In this document: positions 1 to 9,111 of the stretch, piece by piece | Position numbering within the stretch: the stretch's first letter is position 1 | Layout: the number at the start of each line of letters is the position of its first letter | Source: Vicinamibacteria bacterium | GTDB taxonomy: Bacteria > Acidobacteriota > Vicinamibacteria > Fen-336 > CBDFGD01 | Assembly: GCA_965246965.1 (NCBI GenBank) | Contig: CBDFGD010000002.1 | Coordinates: 3,701,208 to 3,765,207 of the forward strand | Direction: 5' to 3' | DNA length: 64,000 nucleotides | Notes under the pieces: generated by a model | Seen by the model: the letters and a program-made list of their open reading frames with translations, nothing else | The model's database searches: none | Told to the model about the DNA's origin: nothing | Translations under genes and position numbers: made by a program

Positions 1-1
1 C

Positions 2-2179
2 GAAGGCATCCTCTCGAAAGCCGCCACGGCTCCGGTCGCCCTGAATCCCGATCTACCTGGCGAGATCGAGCGCATCATCAACACCGCCCTCGAGAAAGAC
101 CGTCAGACCCGCTATCAGCACGCGGACGACCTGCTCGCCGACCTGAAACGGCTGCGCCGGGATACGAGCTCGGGCGAGTCCCGGGCTCACGTGGCGGCGG
201 TGCCGGTGGCGACAGGAGCGGACGACGAGCTCTCCATGAGCCGCAGCGCCGTGAGGGCTGCGCGGCGCCATTGGAAGCTCGCGCTCCCCCTGGCAGCAGT
301 CGTCGGCGCGGCGACGATCGCGCTCGTCCTTCAGTCGCGCGAAGGGCCGGCTCTCACCGATCGCGACACGATCCTGCTGACAGACTTCACGAACACGACC
401 GGAGAAGACGTCTTCGACGAGACGCTGAAGCAGGCGTTGCGCGTCCAGCTCGAGTAGTCGCCCTTCCTCAAGCTCGTTGGTAGTGGGCAGGTCCGCTCCA
501 CCCTCGAGCGCATGAAGCGCTCTCCGGACGAGCGTCTCACGGTGCGGGTCGCCCGTGAGGTGTGTCAGCGAATCGGTGCGAAGGCTCAGATCGCCGGGTC
601 GATCGCCAAACTCGGTTCGAGCTACGTAGTCGCTCTCGACGCTCAGGAATGTGCTGTTGGCGAGTCTCTCGCCCTCGAGCAGGAACAGGCGGCAGGCCAG
701 GAGGCCGTGCTCGGCGCCCTGGGCGACGCGGCGCGGCGCCTGCGCGGGCGGTTGGGAGAATCCCTCGCTTCGGTCGCGAAGCTCGACGTCCCGATCGAGC
801 AGGCGACGACGGGCTCCCTCGAAGCGCTGAAGGCGTACAGCCTCGCGAACCAGGAGCGCAGCCGCGGCAACACGGAGGCCGCGATCCGGAGCTTCCGCCG
901 CGCGATCGAGCTGGACCCCGACTTCGCCGTGGCTCACGGAGAACTCGGCACTACCCTGGGCAACAGGGGAGAGCTTCGCGCGCAGCACGAACACTACCGC
1001 CGGGCCTTCGAGCTTCGCGACCGCGTCAGCGAGCTGGAGCGCCTCTACATCTCCGCGCACTACTACAACTCCGTCACCGGAGAGGTCGACAAGGCCCAGG
1101 CGGTTTACGAGCGGTGGAAGAAGACCTACCCGCGCGACTGGACGCCCGTGAACAACCTCTCGGTCCAATACCTCCGCTCGGGGGATCTCAATGCGGCTCT
1201 GGACGAAGCCCTCGCCGCGCTCGCCCTGGAGCCGGATCACGTGCTGCCGTACGCCAACGTCGCGGCGAGCTACTTCTTCATGGGGCGATTCGACGAGATG
1301 CGGGCCATCGTCGCGCGTGCCCACGGGCGCGGGCTAGACAGCTCGACGCTTCGGCTGTTCCTGTTCTGGGCCGGCGTGTGCGATGGTGCCGGCGACGAGC
1401 GCGGGGCCCAGCTGGCGGCGGAGGGTCACTCCGCCGAGCACCGGCTGCTGGGCGCCGCGGCCGTCGAAGCCTGGTCGCACGGGCGGCTGGAGGACTCTCG
1501 CACCTTGGGGGAGCGAGCGAGTCGTCTGGCGAGGGAAGCGGGAAACCCGGAGACCGGCCATCGCTGGACCCTCGACCTGGCAGCGGGGCATGCGCTGGTC
1601 GGGCGGGCTCGTGAGGCGCGCACGTTGATCGCGTCGGTCGAGGCCGACGACGGCGGCGAGGAATCGCTTCGCCTCGCGCTCGCGCGGGCCCTGGTCGGCG
1701 ATAGGGACGGCGCGTCGCAGCTGGGCGACGAGCTCAGCCAGGCTGCTCCGCACGACTCCTACCTGTAGAAGACCGGCTTGCCGTCGCTGCGAGGCGCCGT
1801 GGCTCTTCACTCCGGTGACCCGCGCGCCGCGGCCGACCATCTCGAGGCACTGGGCCCGCTCGACCTCGGCCAGCCCGGGCTGACCATCTACCTGCGCGCC
1901 CGCGCTCACCTGGCGTCGGGTGACGCGGAGCGCGCCCTGGCCGAATACAACTGGATCCTCGACCATCGCGGGCGCTACTGGCACAACCTCGGCCCCAGCA
2001 TCACCCTGCCCTTCCAGCAACTCGCGCTACTCGGCTCGGCCCGTGCGCACGCAGCCCTCGGCGACACATCTGCGGCGCGCCGCGCCTACGAGGACGTCCT
2101 CGCACTCTGGCAGGAAGCCGATCCCGACTTCGAGCCGGCCCTCCAAGCGAAGCGCGAGCTGACCGCGCTTGGCTCCTAG
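2..2179 (+). pseudogene. Ser/Thr protein kinase, C-terminal part (kinase C-lobe, one TM helix, long TPR-like periplasmic domain); 5' partial; two internal in-frame TAG codons
   Basis: One continuous frame (frame 2) gives ...LADLKRLRR..., a TM helix (LALPLAAVVGAATIALVL) and TPR-like repeats. The TAG at 455-457 falls inside a segment that reads as a continuous conserved motif (QLE*SPFL). Second in-frame TAG at 1766-1768; terminal TAG at 2177-2179. Confidence 0.6.
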
Positions 2180-2777
2180 CCGTTACTTCCGGGGGGGGGG
2201 TGCGCTTGACCGCCTCCTCGCGGTTGCGGATGTCCTCGTCCCAGTACTCCTCGAGCGGGACGCCGAGGCCGTCGATCACACGGTTGCACCAGGCGAAGAA
2301 CCCGGCGATGAAGTTCGCGGCTGCGATCGCCTGGTCGCTGTAGCCGACATTGCGCATCCTTTCCAGGAGCTCCTCGGTCACGTCCCACGGCGTCTCGGTG
2401 AGACGGATGACGTAGTCGAGCAGCGCCCGCTGCCGTGGCGCCACCGCCGCGGTATGCGGATTGCGTTTCAGCCCGCTGACCAGCTCCTCGTCGCCGCTCT
2501 CCCGGAGCAGCCCCCGCGCGTGGTGCTCGATTCAATAGTGGCAGCCGTTGAGCACCGAGACGGTGACCGCCACCATCTCGCGTTCGACGTAGGGGAGGTC
2601 ATTGGTACCGTGCATGACCCGCTTGTAGAAGAGCATCAGCGAGTCGAGCGCGTCCGGGACAGGCGAGTGGGCGAGGATGATGTTGTCGGTCGCGTCCCCG
2701 AGCCCGTAGCGCTCGTAGACCCGCTGGAGCTTGCCGCGCGCGTGCGCCGGTAGGGTGTGTTCGATCCACCACTTCAT
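2001..2777 (-). CDS. AhpD-like / carboxymuconolactone decarboxylase family protein with in-frame TGA at the second Cys of the CxxC motif (selenocysteine candidate); 3' end probably shorter (G10 homopolymer at 2191-2200)
   Basis: ATG at 2777-2775 overlaps the upstream TGA (ATGA). Reads MKWWIEHTLPAHARGK...VLNGCHY[TGA]IEHHARGLL, the CMD/AhpD CxxC..H active-site pattern with TGA (2532-2534) where the second Cys is expected. The Arg-rich tail after the 10-G run looks out of frame. Confidence 0.6.
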
Positions 2778-3250
2778 GGAGAGTCTCCGCTCGTGTCTTG
2801 GGTCGCCGCGCGAGCGGTGGATTCCTCCCTTTCCTCCATCACGCGATCGAAGCTCTTGCGCAGGTCCGGCAGGTTGGCGGCCAGCGCGGTGAACTCCCCC
2901 TTGGGCAGGCTCAGGCAGTCCGTCGGCTCCATGCAACGGATCGTGGCGGTGCGCCGGGTCTCGTTGAGCAGCGCCATCTCGCCAAACGTCTCTCCTTGCG
3001 AAAGCGTGGCCAGGCGCTGCTCAACGCCGCCGTCCAGGTGTTTGATGACCTCGACCTTGCCGCGCATGAGGATGTAGACGCGGTCGCCGAGGTCGCCCTG
3101 GCGGAACACCTCCTGGCCGGGTTCGAAGTGCTCGCGGTGGATGCCGCGCGTCCCCTGCAGCTTCAGCTGCACCAGCTCGCGGGGTAGGAACAGATCGTAG
3201 GTCCAGGAGGTCGCGACCTTCATGCGGTGGCCCCAGCCAGGCAGCTTCAT
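2774..3250 (-). CDS. Orphaned 3' fragment of a disrupted gene: NDH-2 C-terminal membrane-anchor segment plus cyclic-nucleotide-binding (CNB) domain
   Basis: N-terminus MKLPGWGHRMKVATSWTYDLFLPRELVQLK matches the conserved NDH-2 C-terminal tail motif (from memory); it is followed by a Crp/CNB-like fold (FGEMALL..RRTATIRC). The ATG lies inside the transposon target-site duplication and is in frame with ndh across the insertion. Confidence 0.65.
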   Translation of the reverse strand: MKLPGWGHRMKVATSWTYDLFLPRELVQLKLQGTRGIHREHFEPGQEVFRQGDLGDRVYILMRGKVEVIKHLDGGVEQRLATLSQGETFGEMALLNETRRTATIRCMEPTDCLSLPKGEFTALAANLPDLRKSFDRVMEEREESTARAATQDTSGDSP

Positions 3251-3311
3251 CAGACGGAATTTCCTAGTTTAAGGTCTCGACAAGTAGCCCTCCCCGTGCG
3301 AGGATCGTCTT

Positions 3312-4220
3312 GTGAGAGAACGATTCAACACGATGAAAGGACTACCTGTCATGAACATTCTACAGATTTTCGAGCGGTTCCCCACACAGCGCGATTGCAT
3401 CGCCCATCTCGAGCGCGCCCGATGGGGTGAGATCCCGCGTTGCCCCTACTGCACCTCCAACCGCACGGCGCGGCTTCAGCATCGACACCGCTGTTACGCG
3501 TGCAAGACCTCCTTCAGCGTCACGGTAGGGACAATTTTCCACCATACCCACCTGCCACTTCAGAAGTGGTTCCTCGCCGTCATGCTCATATTGAACGCGA
3601 AGAAGGGACTCTCAGCGCTTCAGCTCTCGCGGGATCTGAAGGTGAACAAGAACACGGCGTGGCGGATCTCGATGCAGATTCGAAAGGCGATGACGCAAGC
3701 CAATCAACGCCCCCTGCTGACTGGCATCGTCGAGATGGACGAGACCTATGTCGGCGGAAAACCTCGCAAAGGTGGCCCTCCGTCGAAACCTGGGCGCGGA
3801 ACGAAGAAGACACCCGTGATTGGGGCTATTGAACGCGGCGGCTCGGTCACCGCGACGGCGACGAAGAAGACCAGACTGCAGGGGCGTCATCTCCGCGCCT
3901 TCGTGAAGGATCGTATCGACACCACCACGGCCAGCTTGATCACCGATGAATACAAGGGCTACCTCGGCATGGCGAAGGTGCTCCCGCACGCCGTCATCAA
4001 ACACGCGCAGTGGTACGTCGATGGTCAGATTCACACGAACACGATTGAAGGCTTCTGGGCGCTCCTGAAACGCGGCATGTTCGGTCAGTTCCACAGCGTC
4101 AGCCGGAAACACCTGCAACGCTACGTGGACGAGTTCTGCTATCGCTACAATCTGCGGGGCGTCGAGCCCGATCATCAGTTTGCTCTCACCATCGACAGGG
4201 GATTAGGGGTGATCGGATGA
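3312..4220 (+). CDS. IS1595-family transposase (N-terminal zinc ribbon + DDE domain)
   Basis: CPYCTSNRTARLQHRHRCYACKTSF zinc ribbon; MDETYVGG and ...NTIEGFWALLKR DDE region typical of ISXO2-like IS1595 transposases. Confidence 0.85.
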   Translation: MRERFNTMKGLPVMNILQIFERFPTQRDCIAHLERARWGEIPRCPYCTSNRTARLQHRHRCYACKTSFSVTVGTIFHHTHLPLQKWFLAVMLILNAKKGLSALQLSRDLKVNKNTAWRISMQIRKAMTQANQRPLLTGIVEMDETYVGGKPRKGGPPSKPGRGTKKTPVIGAIERGGSVTATATKKTRLQGRHLRAFVKDRIDTTTASLITDEYKGYLGMAKVLPHAVIKHAQWYVDGQIHTNTIEGFWALLKRGMFGQFHSVSRKHLQRYVDEFCYRYNLRGVEPDHQFALTIDRGLGVIG

Positions 4221-5095
4221 GCATTCCGAAGGCCACGCACACCGGTGAACTCCAAATCGGACCCGTCACCATCGACTGCGCGGTGCTAGATAACGGGCTG
4301 AGAGTCCTGACTCAATCCGGCGTACTTCGTGCCTTAGATCGGTCGAGTCGTCCACAAGGAAAGGGAGCCCGTTTCGAACAGATTGCCCCTTTCCTCGCCT
4401 CTGACAACCTTAAACCCTACATAACAAAGGAACTAGCCGCTTCGAGCAGGCGCATCCGTTTCGCTGTACCAGGACGAGGACACGTTTACGGCTATGAAGC
4501 AGAACTGCTTCCGAAAGCCTGCAACGTATACCTCCAGGCGCGTGATGCCAGAGTGCTTCTTCCCTCGCAACAGCGTACAGCGGCCGCAAGTGATGTGCTG
4601 ATGCGCGGTCTAGCGATGGTAGGCATTGTCGCGCTCGTCGATGAGGCCACGAGTTACCAGGAAATCAGGGATAGGAAGGCCCTGAACAAGATCCTCGACA
4701 AGTACTTGCTGGCGGAACAAGCGAAATGGGCGAAGAGATTTCCTGATGAGTTCTACAAGCAAATCTTCCGGCTTCGAGGGTGGCAATGGCAGGGCATGAA
4801 GGTGAATAGACCGCAAGTTATTGGACGGTACACGAACGATTGCGTGTGGGATCGGCTCGCCCCTGGCGTCAGGAACGAACTTGAGAAACTGAACCCAAAG
4901 ACCGAAACAGGACGCAGGCGAGCCATGCATCACCAATGGCTGACGCACGATGCGGGCCATCCGGCGCTTCAGAAGCATATCAGCGGCGTGATGGCGCTCA
5001 TGCGGGCCTCGACCAAATGGGACAACTTCACGAGGCTGTTGCAACGTGCCTATCCGAAGATCAACACAAATCTAGAGCTACCCATCGACGAATGA
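4217..5095 (+). CDS. Hypothetical protein, passenger gene of the transposon (possibly phage-type P63C-like domain)
   Basis: ATGA overlap with transposase stop; 292-aa ORF in the low-GC island; DEATSYQEIRDRKAL motif. Assignment to a named domain is from memory only. Confidence 0.45.
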   Translation: MSIPKATHTGELQIGPVTIDCAVLDNGLRVLTQSGVLRALDRSSRPQGKGARFEQIAPFLASDNLKPYITKELAASSRRIRFAVPGRGHVYGYEAELLPKACNVYLQARDARVLLPSQQRTAAASDVLMRGLAMVGIVALVDEATSYQEIRDRKALNKILDKYLLAEQAKWAKRFPDEFYKQIFRLRGWQWQGMKVNRPQVIGRYTNDCVWDRLAPGVRNELEKLNPKTETGRRRAMHHQWLTHDAGHPALQKHISGVMALMRASTKWDNFTRLLQRAYPKINTNLELPIDE

Positions 5096-6342
5096 GTAGT
5101 CCGAACTGGGCGCACCAAACCATCTGGACGGGGGATTGCCTCGACATCCTACGCGGCATGAACTCGGCATCGGTCGATCTCGTCTACCTCGATCCGCCCT
5201 TCAACTCGAAAGCGAACTACGCCGCGCCCATCGGGAGCAAGGCGGCCGGTGCAGAGTTCAAGGACATCTGGACGCTCTCGGACGTGGACGTGGAATGGAT
5301 CAACCTCATCGAGGCGAAGCATCCAGCGCTGTACCGCGTTCTGCTCGCTGCAATGACCAACAGCGATAAGTCGTATCTCGCCTACATGGCCGCGCGGCTA
5401 CTCGAACTTCGCCGCGTACTGAAGCCTACCGGATCGCTCTTCCTCCACTGCGACCACACGATGAGCCACTACCTCAAGGTGGTCATGGACTCGATCTTTG
5501 GGCGACACCAGTTCAGGAATGAAATCGTTTGGGCATACTCTGGCTGGAACAAGCAATTACGGGCTCATATAGAGCGTCGGCATGACGTTGTGTTGTTCTA
5601 TGCGGCGTCGAAAGTATCGAAGTTTAACTACCCGACTCGCCCTTGGGATGGCAAGGCCGAATACGTCAAGACTCGGAAGCAGAAGGTCCGGGTTGAAGAC
5701 GATAGGCGAGAGTACGTGTTGTCCGATGCGGGGGGTGGAAAGCGCGTCAAGCGCTACCTCGACGAAGCCATGCAATACGGCGTCCCTTTGGACGACGTGT
5801 GGCGCATCGACAAGCTAAACAACTCGGACAGGGTGGAACGCACCGGCTACCCGACGCAAAAGCCGGTGGCTCTATTGGACCGGATCGTTAAGGCCAGCAC
5901 CAACGCCGGAGACATGGTATTGGACCCGTTCTGCGGGTGCGCGACGGCGTGTATCGCCGCCGAACAACTCCACCGGAATTGGGTAGGTATCGACGTCTCA
6001 CCGAAGGCGGCAGAGTTGGTCCGACAGCGTATGCGCGACGAGCTTGGCCTCTTCTACGATGGTGCTCACCGCACGGACATTCCATTTCGAACGGACCTTG
6101 GCAAGCTGCCACGCTACAACAGCCCAGAGAACCGCCGATGGCTGTACGGCGACCAGGGCGGTCACTGCGCGGGGTGTAACGCCCATTTCGAACCACGTCA
6201 TCTGGAAGTCGATCACATCATTGCCAGGCAGCGGGGAGGCACACACGCGCTGGACAATCTGCAACTGCTCTGCGGCAATTGCAACCGGATAAAAGGAAAC
6301 CGTGGCATGGACTACCTGAGAACCAAGTTACAGCTCAGGTAG
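5092..6342 (+). CDS. Beta-class amino-DNA methyltransferase (N6A/N4C, DPPF motif) fused to a C-terminal HNH nuclease domain
   Basis: Motif IV VDLVYLDPPFNS precedes motif I DPFCGCATA (beta order). C-terminus HCAGCN...EVDHIIARQRGGTHALDNLQLLCGNCN is an HNH motif. ATGA overlap with the upstream gene. Confidence 0.8.
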   Translation: MSSPNWAHQTIWTGDCLDILRGMNSASVDLVYLDPPFNSKANYAAPIGSKAAGAEFKDIWTLSDVDVEWINLIEAKHPALYRVLLAAMTNSDKSYLAYMAARLLELRRVLKPTGSLFLHCDHTMSHYLKVVMDSIFGRHQFRNEIVWAYSGWNKQLRAHIERRHDVVLFYAASKVSKFNYPTRPWDGKAEYVKTRKQKVRVEDDRREYVLSDAGGGKRVKRYLDEAMQYGVPLDDVWRIDKLNNSDRVERTGYPTQKPVALLDRIVKASTNAGDMVLDPFCGCATACIAAEQLHRNWVGIDVSPKAAELVRQRMRDELGLFYDGAHRTDIPFRTDLGKLPRYNSPENRRWLYGDQGGHCAGCNAHFEPRHLEVDHIIARQRGGTHALDNLQLLCGNCNRIKGNRGMDYLRTKLQLR

Positions 6343-6350
6343 CTTAACAA

Positions 6351-7604
6351 TCAAGACCGTAATCTAGGAAATTCCGTCATCAGATAGACCGTGCGCCACA
6401 ACCACCACGCCAGGAAGCCGGAGACCTGGAAGCCGAACACTTCGGCCACGGCGCTTCTGTGGCCGAGCGAGCCCATCTGACCGAGGCCCTTGAAGTCGTA
6501 GCGTTTCTTCGAGCCGCCGCGGACCGTGGCGACGACGTTGTGAGCGGCGATGGCCGCCTGGCGCGTCGCGTGCTGTGCGGTTGGGGGCGCGATACCGCCG
6601 CCTGGCGCCGGTACCCTCGCCGTGTCGCCGAGCGCCCAGACGCTGTGGCCGCTATCGACGTGCAGCTCTTGGTTGACGAGGAGCCTGCCGTTCTCGCTGC
6701 AGGGCAGCCCCAGCGCAGAGACCAGCGGATGAGGGAACGACGGCACCGTCGACACGAGCGTTCGCGTCGGGATGCGCTCCCCGCCCTCGAGGACTGCTTC
6801 GGTTCCGGTCGCGGCGTGGAGCCGCGTGAGCAGCCTCAGGTCGACACCGCGCTTCTTGAGCAGCCGTTGCGCGAACAGGGCCAGCTGCTCCGAGACCTCG
6901 GGAAGCACCCGGTCGCGCGAGTGCAGCAGGACGACGCGAAGCTCCGAAGCATCGATGCCGCGGTAGCTCTTGGCAACGCCGCGCACGAAGTCGTTCAGCT
7001 CGGCGACGACCTCGACGCCGGAGAAGCCGCCGCCCGCGACTACGAACGTCAGCAGCTGTCGACGCAGCTCCGGGTCCGACTCGATCGAGGCCTCCTCGAG
7101 GGCGTGGATGACGTGATTGCGGAGGGCGAGCGCGTCGCCCATGTTCTTGAACGGCATCGCGTGCTCGGGCAGGCCGCGCATGCCGCGAAAGTCCGTGACG
7201 GTGCCGAGGGCGACGACCAGGTGGTCGAAGGGGATCACGTGAGGCTGGGGCCGGAAACCCGGCGCCGTGATGATCTGCTTGTGCTAGACGTCGACGCGCT
7301 CGATCTCGCGCACGTGAATGTCGGTGCGCGGCAGCATGCGGCGCAGCGGGCTGACGATGTCCAGGATGCCGACGCCACCCGAGATCACCTCGGGCAGCAT
7401 CGGCTGGAAGACGAAGTAGTTCTCCTTGTTGACGAGGGCGATCTCGAAATCGTCCCCGCGTCCGAGCCGCTTCTCCAGCTCGAGGGCCGTGTAGACGCCG
7501 GCAAAGCCGCCGCCGAGGACCACGACTCGCGGCTTGCGTGGAGCCGTCAGTGGGCGACTCCGATCAACGGCGGCCACGGAGACACAGAGACGCAGAGAAC
7601 GCAC
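6351..7604 (-). pseudogene. ndh: Type II NADH dehydrogenase (NDH-2, ndh) with in-frame TAG and transposon-truncated C-terminus
   Basis: VVVLGGGFAGVYTA dinucleotide fold and second GGGFSGVE motif. In-frame TAG at 7284-7286 (VDV*HKQII) with the same frame continuing. Last 9 codons (MTEFPRLRS*) are encoded by the transposon IR-R. Confidence 0.7.
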
Positions 7605-7820
7605 GGAGGAACGGCAGGCTTCGATCGGTCGTCATCCCGATCGAGGGCATGTGGATCCCGATCGGTCCGCGGCGATCGACTCGCACCACGAGGTGCGACC
7701 GTGTTGCACTCCAAGGCGCGGCCGCCTGGCTTCTTCGAGACGCGGTCAAAGCTGGCTCGTTCTCCGTGTCTCTGTGCCTCTGTGGCTCACCAGATCGTCA
7801 GCTGCTCACCCGGGGTTGGG

Positions 7821-8987
7821 CTACGCCGGCAGTCCGCGCTGGATGACGTGCTCCATCTCCTCGGCGAAGACATCGACCTCGTCCAGTGTGGTGTAGATGT
7901 TGGGCGTGACGCGAATTCCCTGGAATTCATCATGGACGATCGGCACGACGAAGACGCGTCGCTGCTTCCACAGATGCTCCTTGAGCGCCCGCGGGTCCAC
8001 TCCCTCGATGTTCACTGTGGCGATCGCGCCCGCCATCTCCGGATCGAGGCTGGGGAGGAGCCGGACCCTGGGGTGCTCCTTGAGCCGCAGCGCCCAACGG
8101 TCGCGCAGGTAGCGCAGCCGCGCCGCCTTGCGCTCGACGCCGATGCCGTTGTGGAAGGTCAGCGCCTCGGCGACGGCGTTGTGGTTGGCAGCGGGATGGG
8201 TGCCGATCTCCTCGTACTTGCGGACGTCGTCATCCATCTTCCCCGGAGCGGCCATCAGCGGCCACAGCTTCGGGACCTTCTCCTTGCGGACGTAGAGGAA
8301 GCCGCTGCCGATCGGCGCCAGCAGCCACTTGTGCAGGCTCGTGCCGTAGTAGTCGCAATCGAGATCGTCGCGCGTGAACGGGAAGTGGGCGAAGGCGTGG
8401 GCGCCGTCGACGATGACTTCGATGCCGTGCTCGCGCCCCAGTCGGGCGATCTGCTTGATCGGGAAGATCTGGCCCGTGAGGTTGGTGATGTGGCAAACGA
8501 GGATGACCCTGGTCTTCGGCGTGATCGCCCGTTCGAAGCGCTGCGCGAGGTCGTCCATGCTCGGCGGCGGAGTGGGGAACGAGATCGTCTTGAGGACCAG
8601 GCCCTCGCGACGCTCGCGCTGGCGCCAGGTCGTCAGCATGCGCCCGTAGTCCTGATTGGTCGTCAGGATCTCGTCGCCCGGCTCGAGGATTTCCCACATC
8701 GTGTACACGGGACACTCGTTGGAGCGATCCAGATAGCGCTTGAGCGCCTCGTGAACGTCGGCTGGCGACGGAGAGACGCCCCCGTTGTTGAGGTTGATGA
8801 TCGTGCGATCGACCGTGAAGGCCTGTTGGATCTCTCGCCAGTAGTCCTCGTCGGCCGCGACCGCTTCGGGGCCGCGTCCGGACGTGGCGCGGCTCGCCGC
8901 CTGGACCCGCGCGAGCCCGCCTTCGCGAAGCACCGAAACCGCTGCGGCACTGGCGGCCGCCCCCATGAAACTGCGCCTCGTCGTCAT
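7821..8987 (-). CDS. Class V aminotransferase / cysteine-desulfurase-like PLP enzyme with twin-arginine (Tat) signal peptide
   Basis: MTTRRSFMGAAASAAAVSV Tat motif; SLHKWLLAPIGSGFLYV PLP-lysine region; full-length 388 aa; TAG stop. Confidence 0.8.
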   Translation of the reverse strand: MTTRRSFMGAAASAAAVSVLREGGLARVQAASRATSGRGPEAVAADEDYWREIQQAFTVDRTIINLNNGGVSPSPADVHEALKRYLDRSNECPVYTMWEILEPGDEILTTNQDYGRMLTTWRQRERREGLVLKTISFPTPPPSMDDLAQRFERAITPKTRVILVCHITNLTGQIFPIKQIARLGREHGIEVIVDGAHAFAHFPFTRDDLDCDYYGTSLHKWLLAPIGSGFLYVRKEKVPKLWPLMAAPGKMDDDVRKYEEIGTHPAANHNAVAEALTFHNGIGVERKAARLRYLRDRWALRLKEHPRVRLLPSLDPEMAGAIATVNIEGVDPRALKEHLWKQRRVFVVPIVHDEFQGIRVTPNIYTTLDEVDVFAEEMEHVIQRGLPA

Positions 8988-9111
8988 GGTCCCTCCTCGA
9001 TACGATTCGGATGCCGGATCATAGCGCTTGCCCGAGCTCGATCCCGCGCCGCGGTCATTGGCTCGCCAGGCCGGGAGAGCGTCGCATTCACGTCAGCCAC
9101 GCGCCGGGTCT

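Larger units (their letters stand above)
3253..6378 (+). mobile_element. IS1595-family transposon (~3.1 kb) carrying passenger genes; 24-bp imperfect terminal inverted repeats; 7-bp target-site duplication TCATCAG
   Basis: IR-L GACGGAATTTCCTAGTTTAAGGTC (3253-3276) and IR-R gaccgtaatctaggaaattccgtc (6355-6378, reverse complement with 2 mismatches). Flanking TCATCAG at 3247-3253 and 6377-6383. Interior is lower GC than the flanks. Confidence 0.75.

Noticed and set aside
455-7286. Genome-wide UAG (amber) reassignment as explanation for the in-frame TAGs
   Set aside because: TAG is used as the terminal stop of many well-defined genes in the window and is not depleted, so global recoding is unlikely. 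Kept only as a low-interest finding.
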